Positions 49,084 through 59,528 of a stretch of 64,000 nucleotides of DNA are shown here, piece by piece (the first letter of the stretch is position 1; each line of letters opens with the position of its first letter). The notes below the pieces were generated by a model. The model saw nothing but the letters and a program-made list of their open reading frames with translations. It made no database searches and was not told where the DNA came from. The translations under genes were made by a program, and so were the position numbers. Source of the stretch: Chloroflexota bacterium (GTDB taxonomy: Bacteria > Chloroflexota > Anaerolineae > Anaerolineales > UBA11579); the NCBI GenBank assembly GCA_019456165.1, contig VRUJ01000020.1, positions 1,703-65,702 on the forward strand. The letters are read 5' to 3'.

Positions 49084-49698
49084 GTGCGCAGATACTTTTA
49101 TTGGCTGTTTTTTTTGTATTTAATCCTGATTATCAACTCATCTGCTCTCGCCTTGAAGCAGTTCGATTTTCAAATCAGGATTGATTCGCCGCGCCCCGGA
49201 GATGCGGTGCAAGGTATTGTGCCGATTATTGGTAATACAGAAGTAAGGGGATTTATTTCTTTTGAGATAATGTTCGCGCTGAGTGGAGATGCAACCCAAA
49301 ACTGGTTTGAAATAACCACAAGTTTACAGGCTATTGAAGACGACATTCTCGGTGAATGGGATACGAACACGCTCACGGACGGCACCTACACTCTGCGATT
49401 GACCGTTGAAATTGAAGATGAAGAATCTGTCATCATTTTGCTTGATGGTCTGCGCCTGCGCAACTATACAGCTATAGAAACCAATACGCCTGCCCCAACG
49501 TTTACTCCAGATCCAGGGCAAACCCCTACCCCAACAATAACTCCATTGCCACCCACACCTACACCATTACCACCCAATCCTGCGGAATTATCACCCCAGA
49601 AAATCAGAGTCTGGTTCGTGGGTGGTGCTATAGGAGCTTTAGGGATTCTTGTAATGCTTTGGTTTTACACATCGGCGCGTAAAAAGAGGATGCCATAG
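49084..49698 (+). CDS. Secreted, C-terminally membrane-anchored protein with Ig-like domain and PT-rich stalk
   Basis: 204 aa, GTG start. N-terminal signal, TPTPTITPLPPTPTPLPP linker and a C-terminal TM followed by basic residues. Confidence 0.62.
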   Translation: MRRYFYWLFFLYLILIINSSALALKQFDFQIRIDSPRPGDAVQGIVPIIGNTEVRGFISFEIMFALSGDATQNWFEITTSLQAIEDDILGEWDTNTLTDGTYTLRLTVEIEDEESVIILLDGLRLRNYTAIETNTPAPTFTPDPGQTPTPTITPLPPTPTPLPPNPAELSPQKIRVWFVGGAIGALGILVMLWFYTSARKKRMP

Positions 49699-49726
49699 AC
49701 TCTGTGACTCAAGTCAAGGAAATAAT

Positions 49727-50350
49727 TTGCGGAATAAACTAAAGAAAGTTTTTAAGAAAAACGAAATTAAAAGCAACGGAAGCAGAATCTTGATTGCTGG
49801 ATTGGGAAACCCCGGAGCCGAATACCGCAATAACCGTCACAACGCCGGGTTCATGGTGCTTGATGAGATTGCTTCGCGTTTGGATGAGAAATTTAAACGC
49901 CTTCAATCCAATGCATTAGTGATCAAATCCAATTATAAGAGCCATAGGCTAATCCTGGCCAAACCGCGCACATATATGAATCTTTCTGGTAATGCTGTTG
50001 CCGCTCTGGTACGTTTTTATAAACTCCCATTTGAGAATGTGCTAATAATCTACGACGATGTTGACCTACCCTGGGAAACAATCCGTCTGCGTGCTTCCGG
50101 CGGCGCAGCAGGGCAAAAGGGTATGCGTTCGATCATTGAAAAACTCGGTACCCAGGCATTCCCCCGCATGCGGATTGGTATTAGCCGGCCAAAAGGGCGC
50201 ATGAGCACCCCGAGTCACGTATTACAAGATTTCTCCAAAGAAGAACTAGAGATACTGCCTTTTGTGATTGTGCGTGCCGCGGATGCAGCATTCTCCTTTG
50301 TGGAATTCGGGGTGGAACGTGCCATGAATGATTTCAACCAATCAGTCTGA
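49727..50350 (+). CDS. pth: Peptidyl-tRNA hydrolase
   Basis: LIAGLGNPGAEYRNNRHNAGF motif. TTG start at 49727 gives a 20-aa extension; an alternative TTG at 49790 follows GGAAG. Confidence 0.9.
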   Translation: MRNKLKKVFKKNEIKSNGSRILIAGLGNPGAEYRNNRHNAGFMVLDEIASRLDEKFKRLQSNALVIKSNYKSHRLILAKPRTYMNLSGNAVAALVRFYKLPFENVLIIYDDVDLPWETIRLRASGGAAGQKGMRSIIEKLGTQAFPRMRIGISRPKGRMSTPSHVLQDFSKEELEILPFVIVRAADAAFSFVEFGVERAMNDFNQSV

Positions 50351-53300
50351 TGAGAGACATTCTCCCAAATATCCAATCTTTACCTGGGTTTCACGAACTA
50401 TTATTGCGTTTAGAAAATGATGAACCCCTCCCGAATTTAGGGTTGGCCCGTGCGGCGCGTTTACCTGTATTGGCCTCCTTGTCTATCGAACTCCAACGAC
50501 CAATCTTATTGTTGACCCATCGCACCGATTGGGCTTTGACCTTGTTCGACGAATTAACCCTTTGGTTGGGTGAAAAAAATCTGCTTTATTTCCCTGAACC
50601 ATCTTCACTATTCTACGAAAACGTTGCCTGGGGAGAAAATAATCGCCGCAACCGTTTATTGACCCTCAATCATTTGAGTGCGGTTCAGGACCCAACTGTT
50701 TCAAATATAAAATCCCCTCACATAATTATTGCTCCTGCACGTGCAGTTATGGCGCGAACAATACCGCCTGGTGAATTCAAGAATACATCAATTCTGCTTG
50801 AATCGGGGGAAACCATTGAACCTGGGGCTTTAGCGCGAATCTTGGTGGAAAAAGGCTATGAATCGACCTCGACTGTTACGATGCCAGGGCAATTCACGCG
50901 GCGCGGGGGCATCATGGATATCTGGCCCCCCGCATACGATCTACCTACCCGCCTTGACTACTTCGGGGATGAAATAGACAGCTTGAGATATTTCGACCCT
51001 GCTTCTCAACGAACAACACGAACCCATCAAGGATTGCAGGTCACTCCGGCGCGTGAATTCTTAATCAGGGATGCAGATGCCCATAATCTTTCGGGTACCG
51101 AGTTGACAGAATTTCACATCCCGCTACTGCATCCAGAACCTGCTGGTTTGTTATCGTACCTTCCTGAGGACGCTCTTGTGCTCCTGGATGATTGGGAAAC
51201 AATTCGGGATACGATTGATGAACTCGAAGCCCAAGCAGTCACTTTGCGAAAAGATAATATTAAAGAGGGCTACATTAATAATGAATTCCCGATCCCCTAC
51301 TTGACTCTCGGAGAGATTGAGGACAGGTTGAGCAGGCTAAGAACTTTAGAACTCGGATCTGTAGGTGACCCTCAGGCATCGCAGTTGGCCGGAGGTTTCT
51401 CCCCGGGTCAGCGTTTTGGGGGTCAGTTAAAACCGCTAATCGACCATCTCAATAAGGTAGATGAAAGCGGTGATGACCTCATCGTGGTTTCACGGCAAGC
51501 GGCACGCCTGCAAGAGCTGTGGGATGAATCCCAGTTCGAAGACACGGGAGATAAACCACCCCGCTTCATTCAAGGCAGCCTGGGAGAAGGTTGGATTTTA
51601 ACTCCCCCCCAAGGGATAAGGTTGCATTTGATAACAGACGGTGAGATTTTCGGTTGGAAACGCCCGCAACCCCGTCAAAGACCACGGATTACTGTCGAAG
51701 CCCCAGAAGCAGAATACATAGATTTTCAACTCAACGAACTCGTCGTACATATCGATTACGGCATCGGACGATTCAAAGGGTTGGTTAAGAGAGCTGTTGA
51801 GGGAATCGAGCATGAATACTTGTGCGTGGAATACGCAGAAGGCGATCAACTTTACGTTCCAGTTCATCAGGCAGAACGTTTAACGCGATACGTGGGTACA
51901 AAAGGCTACAATCCATCCTTAAGCCGGCTAGGTGGAGTTGAATGGCGCAATGTGAAGTCACGCGTAAAAGCTGCCGTTGAGGAAGTGGCAGAAGATTTAC
52001 TCGAATTGTATGCAAAAAGACGCGTCGCGCATGGTTTAGCATTCAGCCCAGATACACATTGGCAGAAAGAGCTTGAAGCCAGCTTCCCATACATTGAGAC
52101 AGAAGACCAATTGAGAGTAATTGCAGAAGTCAAGCAGGATATGGAGTTGCCGCGCCCTATGGACCGGCTGGTATGTGGTGATGTCGGGTATGGCAAAACA
52201 GAAGTGGCTTTACGAGCTGCATTTAAAGCTGTAATGGACGGCAAGCAGGTTGGCATACTAGTACCTACTACCATCCTCGCCCAGCAACATTTCTACACTT
52301 TTCGCGAAAGGTTGGCAGCTTTTCCGGTGGAAGTTGAAATGCTTTCCCGTTTCCGAACACCTCGCCAGCAGCATGAAATCATTTTTGGGTTAGGCCAAGG
52401 CTCAATCGACATTATTATCGGTACCCACAGGTTGGTTCAGCCGGACGTGCAATTTAAAGACCTAGGGCTAGTTATCATAGATGAAGAGCAGCGCTTTGGA
52501 GTGACGCATAAGGAACATTTAAAGAAATTACGCGCCGAGGTGGATGTGCTAACCATGACCGCTACTCCAATCCCACGCACACTTTATATGGCTCTAACCG
52601 GAGTACGCGATATTTCAACAATCAATACTCCCCCTGAAGAACGTTTGCCAATAGTCACACACGTAGGTGAGTATTCACCGCGCCTGGTTCGGCAGGCTGT
52701 TTTGCGTGAACTGGAACGGGGGGGACAAGTTTTCTTCGTTCACAACCGAGTGCAAACCATTATGGCTATGCGAAACCAATTGGCACGCTTAGTCCCCGAA
52801 GCTCACATTGGAGTAGCCCACGGCCAGATGGCAGAAAAAGACCTATCCAAACGCATGCAGGAATTTACCGGCAACGAGATTGATGTTTTGATGTGCACCT
52901 CGATCATCGAATCCGGTTTGGACATCCCCAATGCAAACACATTGATCGTTGATCGAGCAGACACTTTCGGGTTAGCTCAGTTGTATCAACTGCGCGGTAG
53001 AGTAGGACGAGGCGCAATGCGCGCTTATGCATATTTCTTCCGCCACCGCCGTAAAACACCCACTGAGGATGCTCGTTTGCGCCTTGAGACTATCGCTGAA
53101 AATTCCCAACTTGGGGCTGGGTATTCTATCGCCATGCGCGACTTGGAAATCCGCGGTTCAGGTGATATCCTTGGCACCCGCCAACACGGGCAGATTGCCG
53201 CAGTGGGCTTCCATCTATACACGCGTTTGCTGAACCAAGCTGTTTTCCAATTAAAGAAAACCGGTGGATTACCTCCCGATTCGGCGCTAGCCACTGTTGC

Positions 53301-53760
53301 CACCTACCATCCGCTAGTAAATGTTGATTTGCCGTTAGTGGTTAATATTCCAACCCATTACGTGCCGGATAAATCCATGCGTTTACGATTATACCGCCGC
53401 CTGGCAGAAATGCATTCCACAGAGGAAATTGATGCTCTGGCCGATGAATTCAGCGATAGGTTCGGACCCCCTCCAGAATCTGTGAAAAACCTGATCTACC
53501 AATTAAAGATCAAGGTATTGGCAGGGCGAGTTGGACTAGAAGTCATCGCGGTCGAAAATGGGCGCTTATCTCTTAGGTTCCCTCAGCTTCCGGAGAATGC
53601 ACCACCACGTCGATTGCCCAATCTTGGGCGTGATGTACCCACCAGTAAGAACACCATTTGGCTGCCAATGGATGGAAATTCAGCCTGGATGGAGAAGTTG
53701 CTCGAGGTCTTGGATATCCTTGAAGAAAAAAGTAAAGCCAACGAACTGGAGCTTTCTTGA
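50350..53760 (+). CDS. mfd: Transcription-repair coupling factor
   Basis: 1136 aa. UvrB-homology N-terminus, CarD-like RID, helicase motifs [11 protein letters not shown] and DEEQRFG, and a TRG motif region. The ATG overlaps the pth stop by 1 nt. Confidence 0.96.
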   Translation: MRDILPNIQSLPGFHELLLRLENDEPLPNLGLARAARLPVLASLSIELQRPILLLTHRTDWALTLFDELTLWLGEKNLLYFPEPSSLFYENVAWGENNRRNRLLTLNHLSAVQDPTVSNIKSPHIIIAPARAVMARTIPPGEFKNTSILLESGETIEPGALARILVEKGYESTSTVTMPGQFTRRGGIMDIWPPAYDLPTRLDYFGDEIDSLRYFDPASQRTTRTHQGLQVTPAREFLIRDADAHNLSGTELTEFHIPLLHPEPAGLLSYLPEDALVLLDDWETIRDTIDELEAQAVTLRKDNIKEGYINNEFPIPYLTLGEIEDRLSRLRTLELGSVGDPQASQLAGGFSPGQRFGGQLKPLIDHLNKVDESGDDLIVVSRQAARLQELWDESQFEDTGDKPPRFIQGSLGEGWILTPPQGIRLHLITDGEIFGWKRPQPRQRPRITVEAPEAEYIDFQLNELVVHIDYGIGRFKGLVKRAVEGIEHEYLCVEYAEGDQLYVPVHQAERLTRYVGTKGYNPSLSRLGGVEWRNVKSRVKAAVEEVAEDLLELYAKRRVAHGLAFSPDTHWQKELEASFPYIETEDQLRVIAEVKQDMELPRPMDRLVCGDVGYGKTEVALRAAFKAVMDGKQVGILVPTTILAQQHFYTFRERLAAFPVEVEMLSRFRTPRQQHEIIFGLGQGSIDIIIGTHRLVQPDVQFKDLGLVIIDEEQRFGVTHKEHLKKLRAEVDVLTMTATPIPRTLYMALTGVRDISTINTPPEERLPIVTHVGEYSPRLVRQAVLRELERGGQVFFVHNRVQTIMAMRNQLARLVPEAHIGVAHGQMAEKDLSKRMQEFTGNEIDVLMCTSIIESGLDIPNANTLIVDRADTFGLAQLYQLRGRVGRGAMRAYAYFFRHRRKTPTEDARLRLETIAENSQLGAGYSIAMRDLEIRGSGDILGTRQHGQIAAVGFHLYTRLLNQAVFQLKKTGGLPPDSALATVATYHPLVNVDLPLVVNIPTHYVPDKSMRLRLYRRLAEMHSTEEIDALADEFSDRFGPPPESVKNLIYQLKIKVLAGRVGLEVIAVENGRLSLRFPQLPENAPPRRLPNLGRDVPTSKNTIWLPMDGNSAWMEKLLEVLDILEEKSKANELELS

Positions 53761-54146
53761 ATTCAAGGAATGATTATTCCCCGTCTCGTCCACCACAGCC
53801 AGGCAAATAATTTGCGTGCCATAACCTGAGAATATTTCACACTAGAATTCCTAATTTAGGCACAAGAGCTTGAAGTAATATGGTGGAGTATCACCATTCA
53901 AAGTACTGGAATATAATATTTACCGATAATTAGGCTTTATTATTCGAGCCTCGAAAATTTATGTTACAATGATTTTTGTTATAAAAACATCTATAATTAT
54001 TTTGTAAATAGCAATCATGTTGGGCCAATCTCGATTGAATAAGAGAACACATAGCGTTATCAAAAAATCAATACAAATCTAGGCAAATTACGCTGGATAA
54101 TCTGTACGCATTATTTACAAATAAATCATAGAGGAGAAAACCATCG

Positions 54147-55400
54147 ATGAAATCAATTATATTTCGTAATAAGTCAAATCAAGAAAGGCGCATAATATTT
54201 ACCTTACTTGCCGTAATCATGAGTGTAACTGTCTCTCTTGGTTGCCAAACCTTAGCGAATTTTAATTCAGAACCTACAGCAACGATATCACCGACAGATA
54301 CACCATTACCAACCTTTACCAATACGATTACGCCTACATCAGCGCCTACTGCCACCCTAACACCGACACAAACGACAGCACCCACGAACACGTCGGCGCC
54401 TACAAATACACTTGTCCCCAACACGCCCACACCGGCTCCTTTTGTTATCAATGATGAAACATTTGATGCAATAAACGAGATTGATTGCAGCACAGAAGTT
54501 GAAATTATCGGAATACAGGGTGCAGATTATTCTCTAATGGTTGAAGGTTTTTCCTTAACTGTAAACAGAGAAGGATGGGAAAATGCCGTGTTATGTCTGA
54601 ACTCAAAGCACACCTGGATAGGTACACTCACATACGAAGGGTTTACTTTCGCCAGTGACGAGGATGATCCTCTTCAGTTCGTACTGATAAGCGATCAAGA
54701 ATACCTTTACATTCAAGGTGAAGGGACAGTCACATTTCCGGATGGAAGCTCCTATACCTTGGGAGATGGCCAAGATCCAGATATTAGTTCTCCCCAAGGT
54801 GAATTTAATGATTGGCCCATTTTTTTGTTGGATGAATTTGACTCAGATGCAAACGGATGGCTCACAGGAGATGAAAATTATTCCGGCCAGATTGGGAATT
54901 TCCAAATATCAAATGGGGTTTACCAGTGGTCAATAACTTCCCTGGATAGTTTCGCAGGATATTACCAACTTCCGATTGAATTCCCAAATATTGAGAACCT
55001 CACTGATTTTTATGTATCTGTGGAAGCCGATTACGTAAGCGGGGTTGACATTTATGCGTACGGGATTAATTTCCGAATTGACAGTAATTGGAATTACTAC
55101 AGCTTTGGTATTTGTCCAACCTGTACAGAATTTATAGTCCAAAGAAGATTCAATGGAGAAACGACTGTATTAATTGATTGGACTTCTAATTCTGCAATAA
55201 GAACTAATGGTGTAAATCAACTTGCAGTCCTGGCAGAGGGATCAAACCTCCAATTCTTCATTAATGGTGAACTCGTTGGAGAGGTTGAAGATGATGTTAT
55301 CGGATCCGGCATGGTAGGAATTAATGGAGCGGTCTACGAAACTGATGACCAGGTATCGTTGGAATTTGACAATTTCGAGGTGCGAGTTCCTCAAGAATAA
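54147..55400 (+). CDS. Lipoprotein with PT-rich linker and C-terminal concanavalin-A-like (DUF1080/LamG-like) domain
   Basis: GAGGAG RBS, lipobox VSLGCQ and a long TPTxTxxPT linker. C-terminal NQLAVLAEGSNLQFFINGELVGEV...GMVGING...FDNFEV. Confidence 0.72.
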   Translation: MKSIIFRNKSNQERRIIFTLLAVIMSVTVSLGCQTLANFNSEPTATISPTDTPLPTFTNTITPTSAPTATLTPTQTTAPTNTSAPTNTLVPNTPTPAPFVINDETFDAINEIDCSTEVEIIGIQGADYSLMVEGFSLTVNREGWENAVLCLNSKHTWIGTLTYEGFTFASDEDDPLQFVLISDQEYLYIQGEGTVTFPDGSSYTLGDGQDPDISSPQGEFNDWPIFLLDEFDSDANGWLTGDENYSGQIGNFQISNGVYQWSITSLDSFAGYYQLPIEFPNIENLTDFYVSVEADYVSGVDIYAYGINFRIDSNWNYYSFGICPTCTEFIVQRRFNGETTVLIDWTSNSAIRTNGVNQLAVLAEGSNLQFFINGELVGEVEDDVIGSGMVGINGAVYETDDQVSLEFDNFEVRVPQE

Positions 55401-55453
55401 AACCGATCAGTGCATTTCGTGGGTCAAATAATTCTTATCCTGGAGAAATTTTC

Positions 55454-56023
55454 TTGGATTGGATAGTCCCCTTCAGCACACTAGTTGTTCAAGTTGGCTT
55501 GGGATTGTTTTTTCTCACCGCTGCATCTATTTTCATTTCACAGTTTTGGGGAGCCCCCTGGGTTGTCACTCCTCTTGAGAATGTGAGAGCCATGTTGAGC
55601 TTGGCTGAGGTTCAACCCGGCGAAAAAGTTATAGATTTGGGAGCTGGGGATGGTAGAATTGTTATCGCCGCTGTGCGGGATTTCCAAGCCGAAGCTGTAG
55701 GTGTGGAGATTGACCCAATCCGTTATCTCCTTGCAAACCTATTTATCAAACGTTTTGGGGTATTTCCGCAAGCAAGAATCCATTATGGAGATCTAAGATC
55801 ATTTGACATCTCAGATGCAGATGTGGTAACTGTGTACTTAACTAGGAAATCTAACCAAAAACTTGAGCCGCTCTTACAAGAACGGTTGAAACCTGGAGCC
55901 AGGGTGGTATCTCATGCGTTTCCGTTCTCCGGGTGGACTCCAAGCATAATAGATGAACATCACTTGATTTTCCTGTATGAAATTGATAACATGGGTTCAG
56001 AGGTTGAGACCAAATTTGTTTGA
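55454..56023 (+). CDS. Small class I SAM-dependent methyltransferase with N-terminal TM helix
   Basis: 189 aa, TTG start after GGAGA. VIDLGAGDGRIVIAA motif I and GVEIDP motif II. Confidence 0.75.
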   Translation: MDWIVPFSTLVVQVGLGLFFLTAASIFISQFWGAPWVVTPLENVRAMLSLAEVQPGEKVIDLGAGDGRIVIAAVRDFQAEAVGVEIDPIRYLLANLFIKRFGVFPQARIHYGDLRSFDISDADVVTVYLTRKSNQKLEPLLQERLKPGARVVSHAFPFSGWTPSIIDEHHLIFLYEIDNMGSEVETKFV

Positions 56024-56166
56024 AATTGGCCAAATTTGACTTTACTTAATTCCTGTTAATTAGTTTAATAATTACCGGAGAAAAATCACTTTTCCCATTC
56101 ATTCTATTTTTGAGAGATATTTACTCATAAAAAAAACATTTCTCAATACCGTCGTCAGGGATAGAA

Positions 56167-57588
56167 ATGTCTTCACCAATAATTCATAATCACGAAACCA
56201 TCCAGCGAGCCGTCATATCCGCCTTGCGCGCTTGGAAAAAGTTGGATGGTACATCAGAGAATTTCCTTGAAGATTTCTTACTGGTAAGAAAGAAGAGATA
56301 CGAAATGGCTCAGCACCAGCCGGAAGTAGAATTCAGGACTGTTACCAATCAAATTCTTAGTAGTTGTATAGATTTACTAGCTACACAGGATGAAATAAAT
56401 GCCGATATCCTGAGTAAACGTTTCCAAGATGGGGAAACGATCCTGAGTGTCGCTCATCAATTGAATTTAAGCCCAGATCAAGTGAATCGCCGCCAGAGGC
56501 AGGCGATTAGCGAGCTATCAAAAATATTATATAGACAGGAAACAAAATCGAAACAATTGCACGCTCAAAGGCTAGAATCTAAGTTACAACCTCAGTCTTA
56601 TTCAAAGTTGTTTGGTTTCAACCAATCACAAACCATAATACTTGAACGCATGCTTGACCCAGACGAAACCTGGGTTATTGCTTTAGCAGGGCTCGGCGGA
56701 ATCGGGAAATCGGCCCTGGCAGATGCTGTTACCAGGAGCGCAATTCAGCAAATCCATTTTGAGGAAATTATTTGGCTGCGGGTGAATAATTACATTTCGA
56801 AGGAAGAACCTGCCTCAGGCAGTTGGTTCTTTGAATTTGTGATTCAACAACTTGCCTCAAGATTATTACCACCCGATACTCCCCCCACCGAATATTTGGA
56901 GCAAATTCAAATCTTGCTCAAAAAAGCACCGCATTTGATCATTCTTGATAACCTGGAAATTGAGCACAGTACAAACGAATTGCTTTTGAATCTTAACAAC
57001 TTGGCTAATCCTAGTAAATTCTTAATCACTACACGCAGCCGTCCCTCAAGTGAATCAGAAATATTCATTTTCACATTAAACGAAATCTCTTACGAAGAGG
57101 TAAATAAACTACTCATCCATCAAGCTGAGATCATTGGGATTAGCAATATGTCTGAAGACTTGAGCCAGGAAATAAAAACAATCTACCGGGTTACTGGAGG
57201 TAATCCTTTAGCCCTAAAACTGGTTGTCGGTTTAATCGCGGTGCTCCCACTCTCCCAGGTTCTCGAAGACCTGATAAATAGCCAAACTGAAGATGTCGAA
57301 AAAATGTACACAAATATATATTGGAAGGCTTGGCAAGCCCTAAGCCTCAACTCGAAAAAATTACTGCAAGCCTTGCCGCTGATATCAGAATCAGGCGGTC
57401 AGTTGGATCAATTACAAGCAGTAAGCGGATTATCCACGAAACAGGTCGGGTTGAGCGTACAAGAACTCGTTACTCGCTCACTTCTTGAAATGAGGGGCAC
57501 ACTAAATCAACGCCGTTACGGAATTCACCGCCTCACTGAGACTTTTCTTCGCACCGAGATCATTAAGTGGAAGGACGGTCCAATTTGA
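56167..57588 (+). CDS. STAND-class P-loop NTPase (NB-ARC-like) with N-terminal sigma-70 region-4-like HTH
   Basis: 473 aa. HTH at SVAHQLNLSPDQVNRRQRQAISEL, Walker A LAGLGGIGKS and Walker B-like LIILDNLE. Confidence 0.8.
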   Translation: MSSPIIHNHETIQRAVISALRAWKKLDGTSENFLEDFLLVRKKRYEMAQHQPEVEFRTVTNQILSSCIDLLATQDEINADILSKRFQDGETILSVAHQLNLSPDQVNRRQRQAISELSKILYRQETKSKQLHAQRLESKLQPQSYSKLFGFNQSQTIILERMLDPDETWVIALAGLGGIGKSALADAVTRSAIQQIHFEEIIWLRVNNYISKEEPASGSWFFEFVIQQLASRLLPPDTPPTEYLEQIQILLKKAPHLIILDNLEIEHSTNELLLNLNNLANPSKFLITTRSRPSSESEIFIFTLNEISYEEVNKLLIHQAEIIGISNMSEDLSQEIKTIYRVTGGNPLALKLVVGLIAVLPLSQVLEDLINSQTEDVEKMYTNIYWKAWQALSLNSKKLLQALPLISESGGQLDQLQAVSGLSTKQVGLSVQELVTRSLLEMRGTLNQRRYGIHRLTETFLRTEIIKWKDGPI

Positions 57589-58541
57589 AGCCAGAGAAAT
57601 TATTCGAACAAAGCATACAGTTGAATATTGCTTACTGGCTAGATGTTTTTTCTAAGAGGCCTGATAAAGATTACGGGGAATTAATATCTGAACTGCAAAA
57701 CCTCCTCCGAGCAATCCACTTTGGTATTTCAACAAATTCTAGCTATCCAAAAAGCACAAAACTATTAGCCAGATTACAAAGTTTCATCGAGTTTAGTGGT
57801 ACTTGGCACGCGTGGATTCCATTAGTGCAGAAAGCGATTGCTAATAACCACCAAAAAGATAAAGAGATTGAGTGTCGGCTTTTAAATCAATTGGGAGCTT
57901 TATTTTGGTTAGACTGTCAAATTAAATCCGCATTAGATGCACATAAAAGGGCTGCCATCACAGCTAAATCTATCCAAAATAGATTCCAGCTCGCGGCTGC
58001 GCATTTTGGTTTGTGCCAAGATTATTGGTTACTCCAAGATTATGAGAAGGCATCCCGGTATGCTAACAATGCAAACACAGAATTCACAAAATTAGGCAAT
58101 GAGAGTAAACCCCTTGGAGTAATTTACAATGCTCTTGGGATAGTAGCGCATGCTTGTCTGGAATACGAGGCAGCGGAGGATCATTTCAAAACCGCAATTG
58201 ACATCCACCGAAAAGATGGCAGCTTTATCGAATTAGCCCGTTCTATAAATAACCTGGCCATTACCCTTCAAGAATTAGGGAAATACAAGCCGGCGTTACA
58301 ATTTTTCAGTGAAGCTGCAAACCTGCTGAGCAAAACCCACAATGAAATGGAAAAATCAAAATTAGAGTATTCACGCGCCTCTCTTCACATGAAACTGGGG
58401 AACCTTAAAAGGGCGAAATCGGCGTTCAATATGGTTAAAACTCAAGATTTCAATCCATATGCCAATTCGAAATTGCGCTCGCAAATAAATCTAAATTTAG
58501 GTAAAATCGATAAACTGCTCGCAAATGAGATTATTGGATAA
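57567..58541 (+). CDS. TPR-repeat protein (probable sensor half of the preceding STAND NTPase)
   Basis: 324 aa. Repeated A..Y...A......G TPR-like helices. GTG at 57567, or TTG at 57585 overlapping the upstream TGA as TTGA. Confidence 0.78.
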   Translation: MEGRSNLKPEKLFEQSIQLNIAYWLDVFSKRPDKDYGELISELQNLLRAIHFGISTNSSYPKSTKLLARLQSFIEFSGTWHAWIPLVQKAIANNHQKDKEIECRLLNQLGALFWLDCQIKSALDAHKRAAITAKSIQNRFQLAAAHFGLCQDYWLLQDYEKASRYANNANTEFTKLGNESKPLGVIYNALGIVAHACLEYEAAEDHFKTAIDIHRKDGSFIELARSINNLAITLQELGKYKPALQFFSEAANLLSKTHNEMEKSKLEYSRASLHMKLGNLKRAKSAFNMVKTQDFNPYANSKLRSQINLNLGKIDKLLANEIIG

Positions 58542-58642
58542 ACAATAAGAGATTATTAACTCTAAGGGGATAATAGTATAAAAGCACACGCGTTCCATCA
58601 TTTTGTACCCTCAGATATGAATGTCAAACCCTTGACTAACTA

Positions 58643-58671
58643 TTGACAAATCAGAACACTTGTTCTATTAT
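58643..58671 (+). promoter_or_regulatory. Candidate promoter (-35 TTGACA, -10 TATTAT) with an embedded LexA box
   Basis: TTGACA at 58643-58648, a 17-nt spacer, and TATTAT at 58666-58671. Confidence 0.55.
58653..58666. promoter_or_regulatory. LexA (Cheo-type) box, perfect GAAC-N4-GTTC
   Basis: AGAACACTTGTTCT occupies the promoter spacer. Confidence 0.6.
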
Positions 58672-58728
58672 TAGAATTAGCTGTGTGTCAAAATAATAAG
58701 TTTAGGTATTAAAAAACGGAGGTACGTG

Positions 58729-59433
58729 ATGACTGCTCGAACAAACATAAACACCAACAATCTGATTCATAAAGCCTCAAACCATCGTGGCTTGATTTTT
58801 GGTGTGCTGATAATCGGTGCTTTGTTTGCATTTGAAATCTTCAATTTCAGCACCACAGATTTCGCGATGACGGATCTGCTCGGTGATCTGAAATTTGCGG
58901 GAATCCGTTGGGCAACGATACTTGCGTTTGCCTTTTGTGGGATTGACTTCGCCGGAATTGCCCGACTCTTCACCCCCGAACAGGGCGCGAATGAACCTGC
59001 CGAAGTTTGGTATTTATTCGGTGCCTGGCTTCTAGCTGCAACCATGAACGCAATCTTAACCTGGTGGGGTGTTTCAATTGCGATCTTGAATCATCAGAGC
59101 TTGGGAATCGGCGTAATTGACAGCCAGACCTTATTAAAAGTTGTACCTGTATTCGTAGCGATAATGGTGTGGTTAATCCGCGTTTTAATAATTGGAACCT
59201 TCTCTGTAGCTGGAGATAGATTGTTTAGGGAAGCTGACAGTTCAAAACACAAATCTCAACCAATAAGACCGAATTCCCGCCAGACAAATTATAATAGAGC
59301 TAGTTCTCGATCCACACGCCAACCAAATTATTCAACTTCATTCAGACCAGCCCCAAAATCTAATACCGAGCCAAGTTACCAACAACCTTCTTATTCCGCA
59401 AAGTCAAATAGAGAACAAGAAAGACGCACCTAG
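58729..59433 (+). CDS. Four-TM membrane protein with a disordered Ser/Asn/Gln/Pro-rich C-terminal tail, function unknown
   Basis: ATG at 58729 lies 6 nt after GGAGG; the ORF track starts at GTG 58726. Four hydrophobic helices, then a low-complexity tail of about 70 aa. Confidence 0.7.
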   Translation: MTARTNINTNNLIHKASNHRGLIFGVLIIGALFAFEIFNFSTTDFAMTDLLGDLKFAGIRWATILAFAFCGIDFAGIARLFTPEQGANEPAEVWYLFGAWLLAATMNAILTWWGVSIAILNHQSLGIGVIDSQTLLKVVPVFVAIMVWLIRVLIIGTFSVAGDRLFREADSSKHKSQPIRPNSRQTNYNRASSRSTRQPNYSTSFRPAPKSNTEPSYQQPSYSAKSNREQERRT

Positions 59434-59478
59434 CTGTAAATCAGGATAATAGGTGGAGGACCACGCAACTTGATTAAT

Positions 59479-59509
59479 AAATATCCCGCAGAAAAATTGC
59501 GGGATATTT
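59479..59509. terminator. Bidirectional intrinsic terminator candidate
   Basis: 12-bp stem AAATATCCCGCA / TGCGGGATATTT with a 7-nt loop, between convergent genes. Confidence 0.7.
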
Positions 59510-59528
59510 GTATTTCAATTTACAGTAT

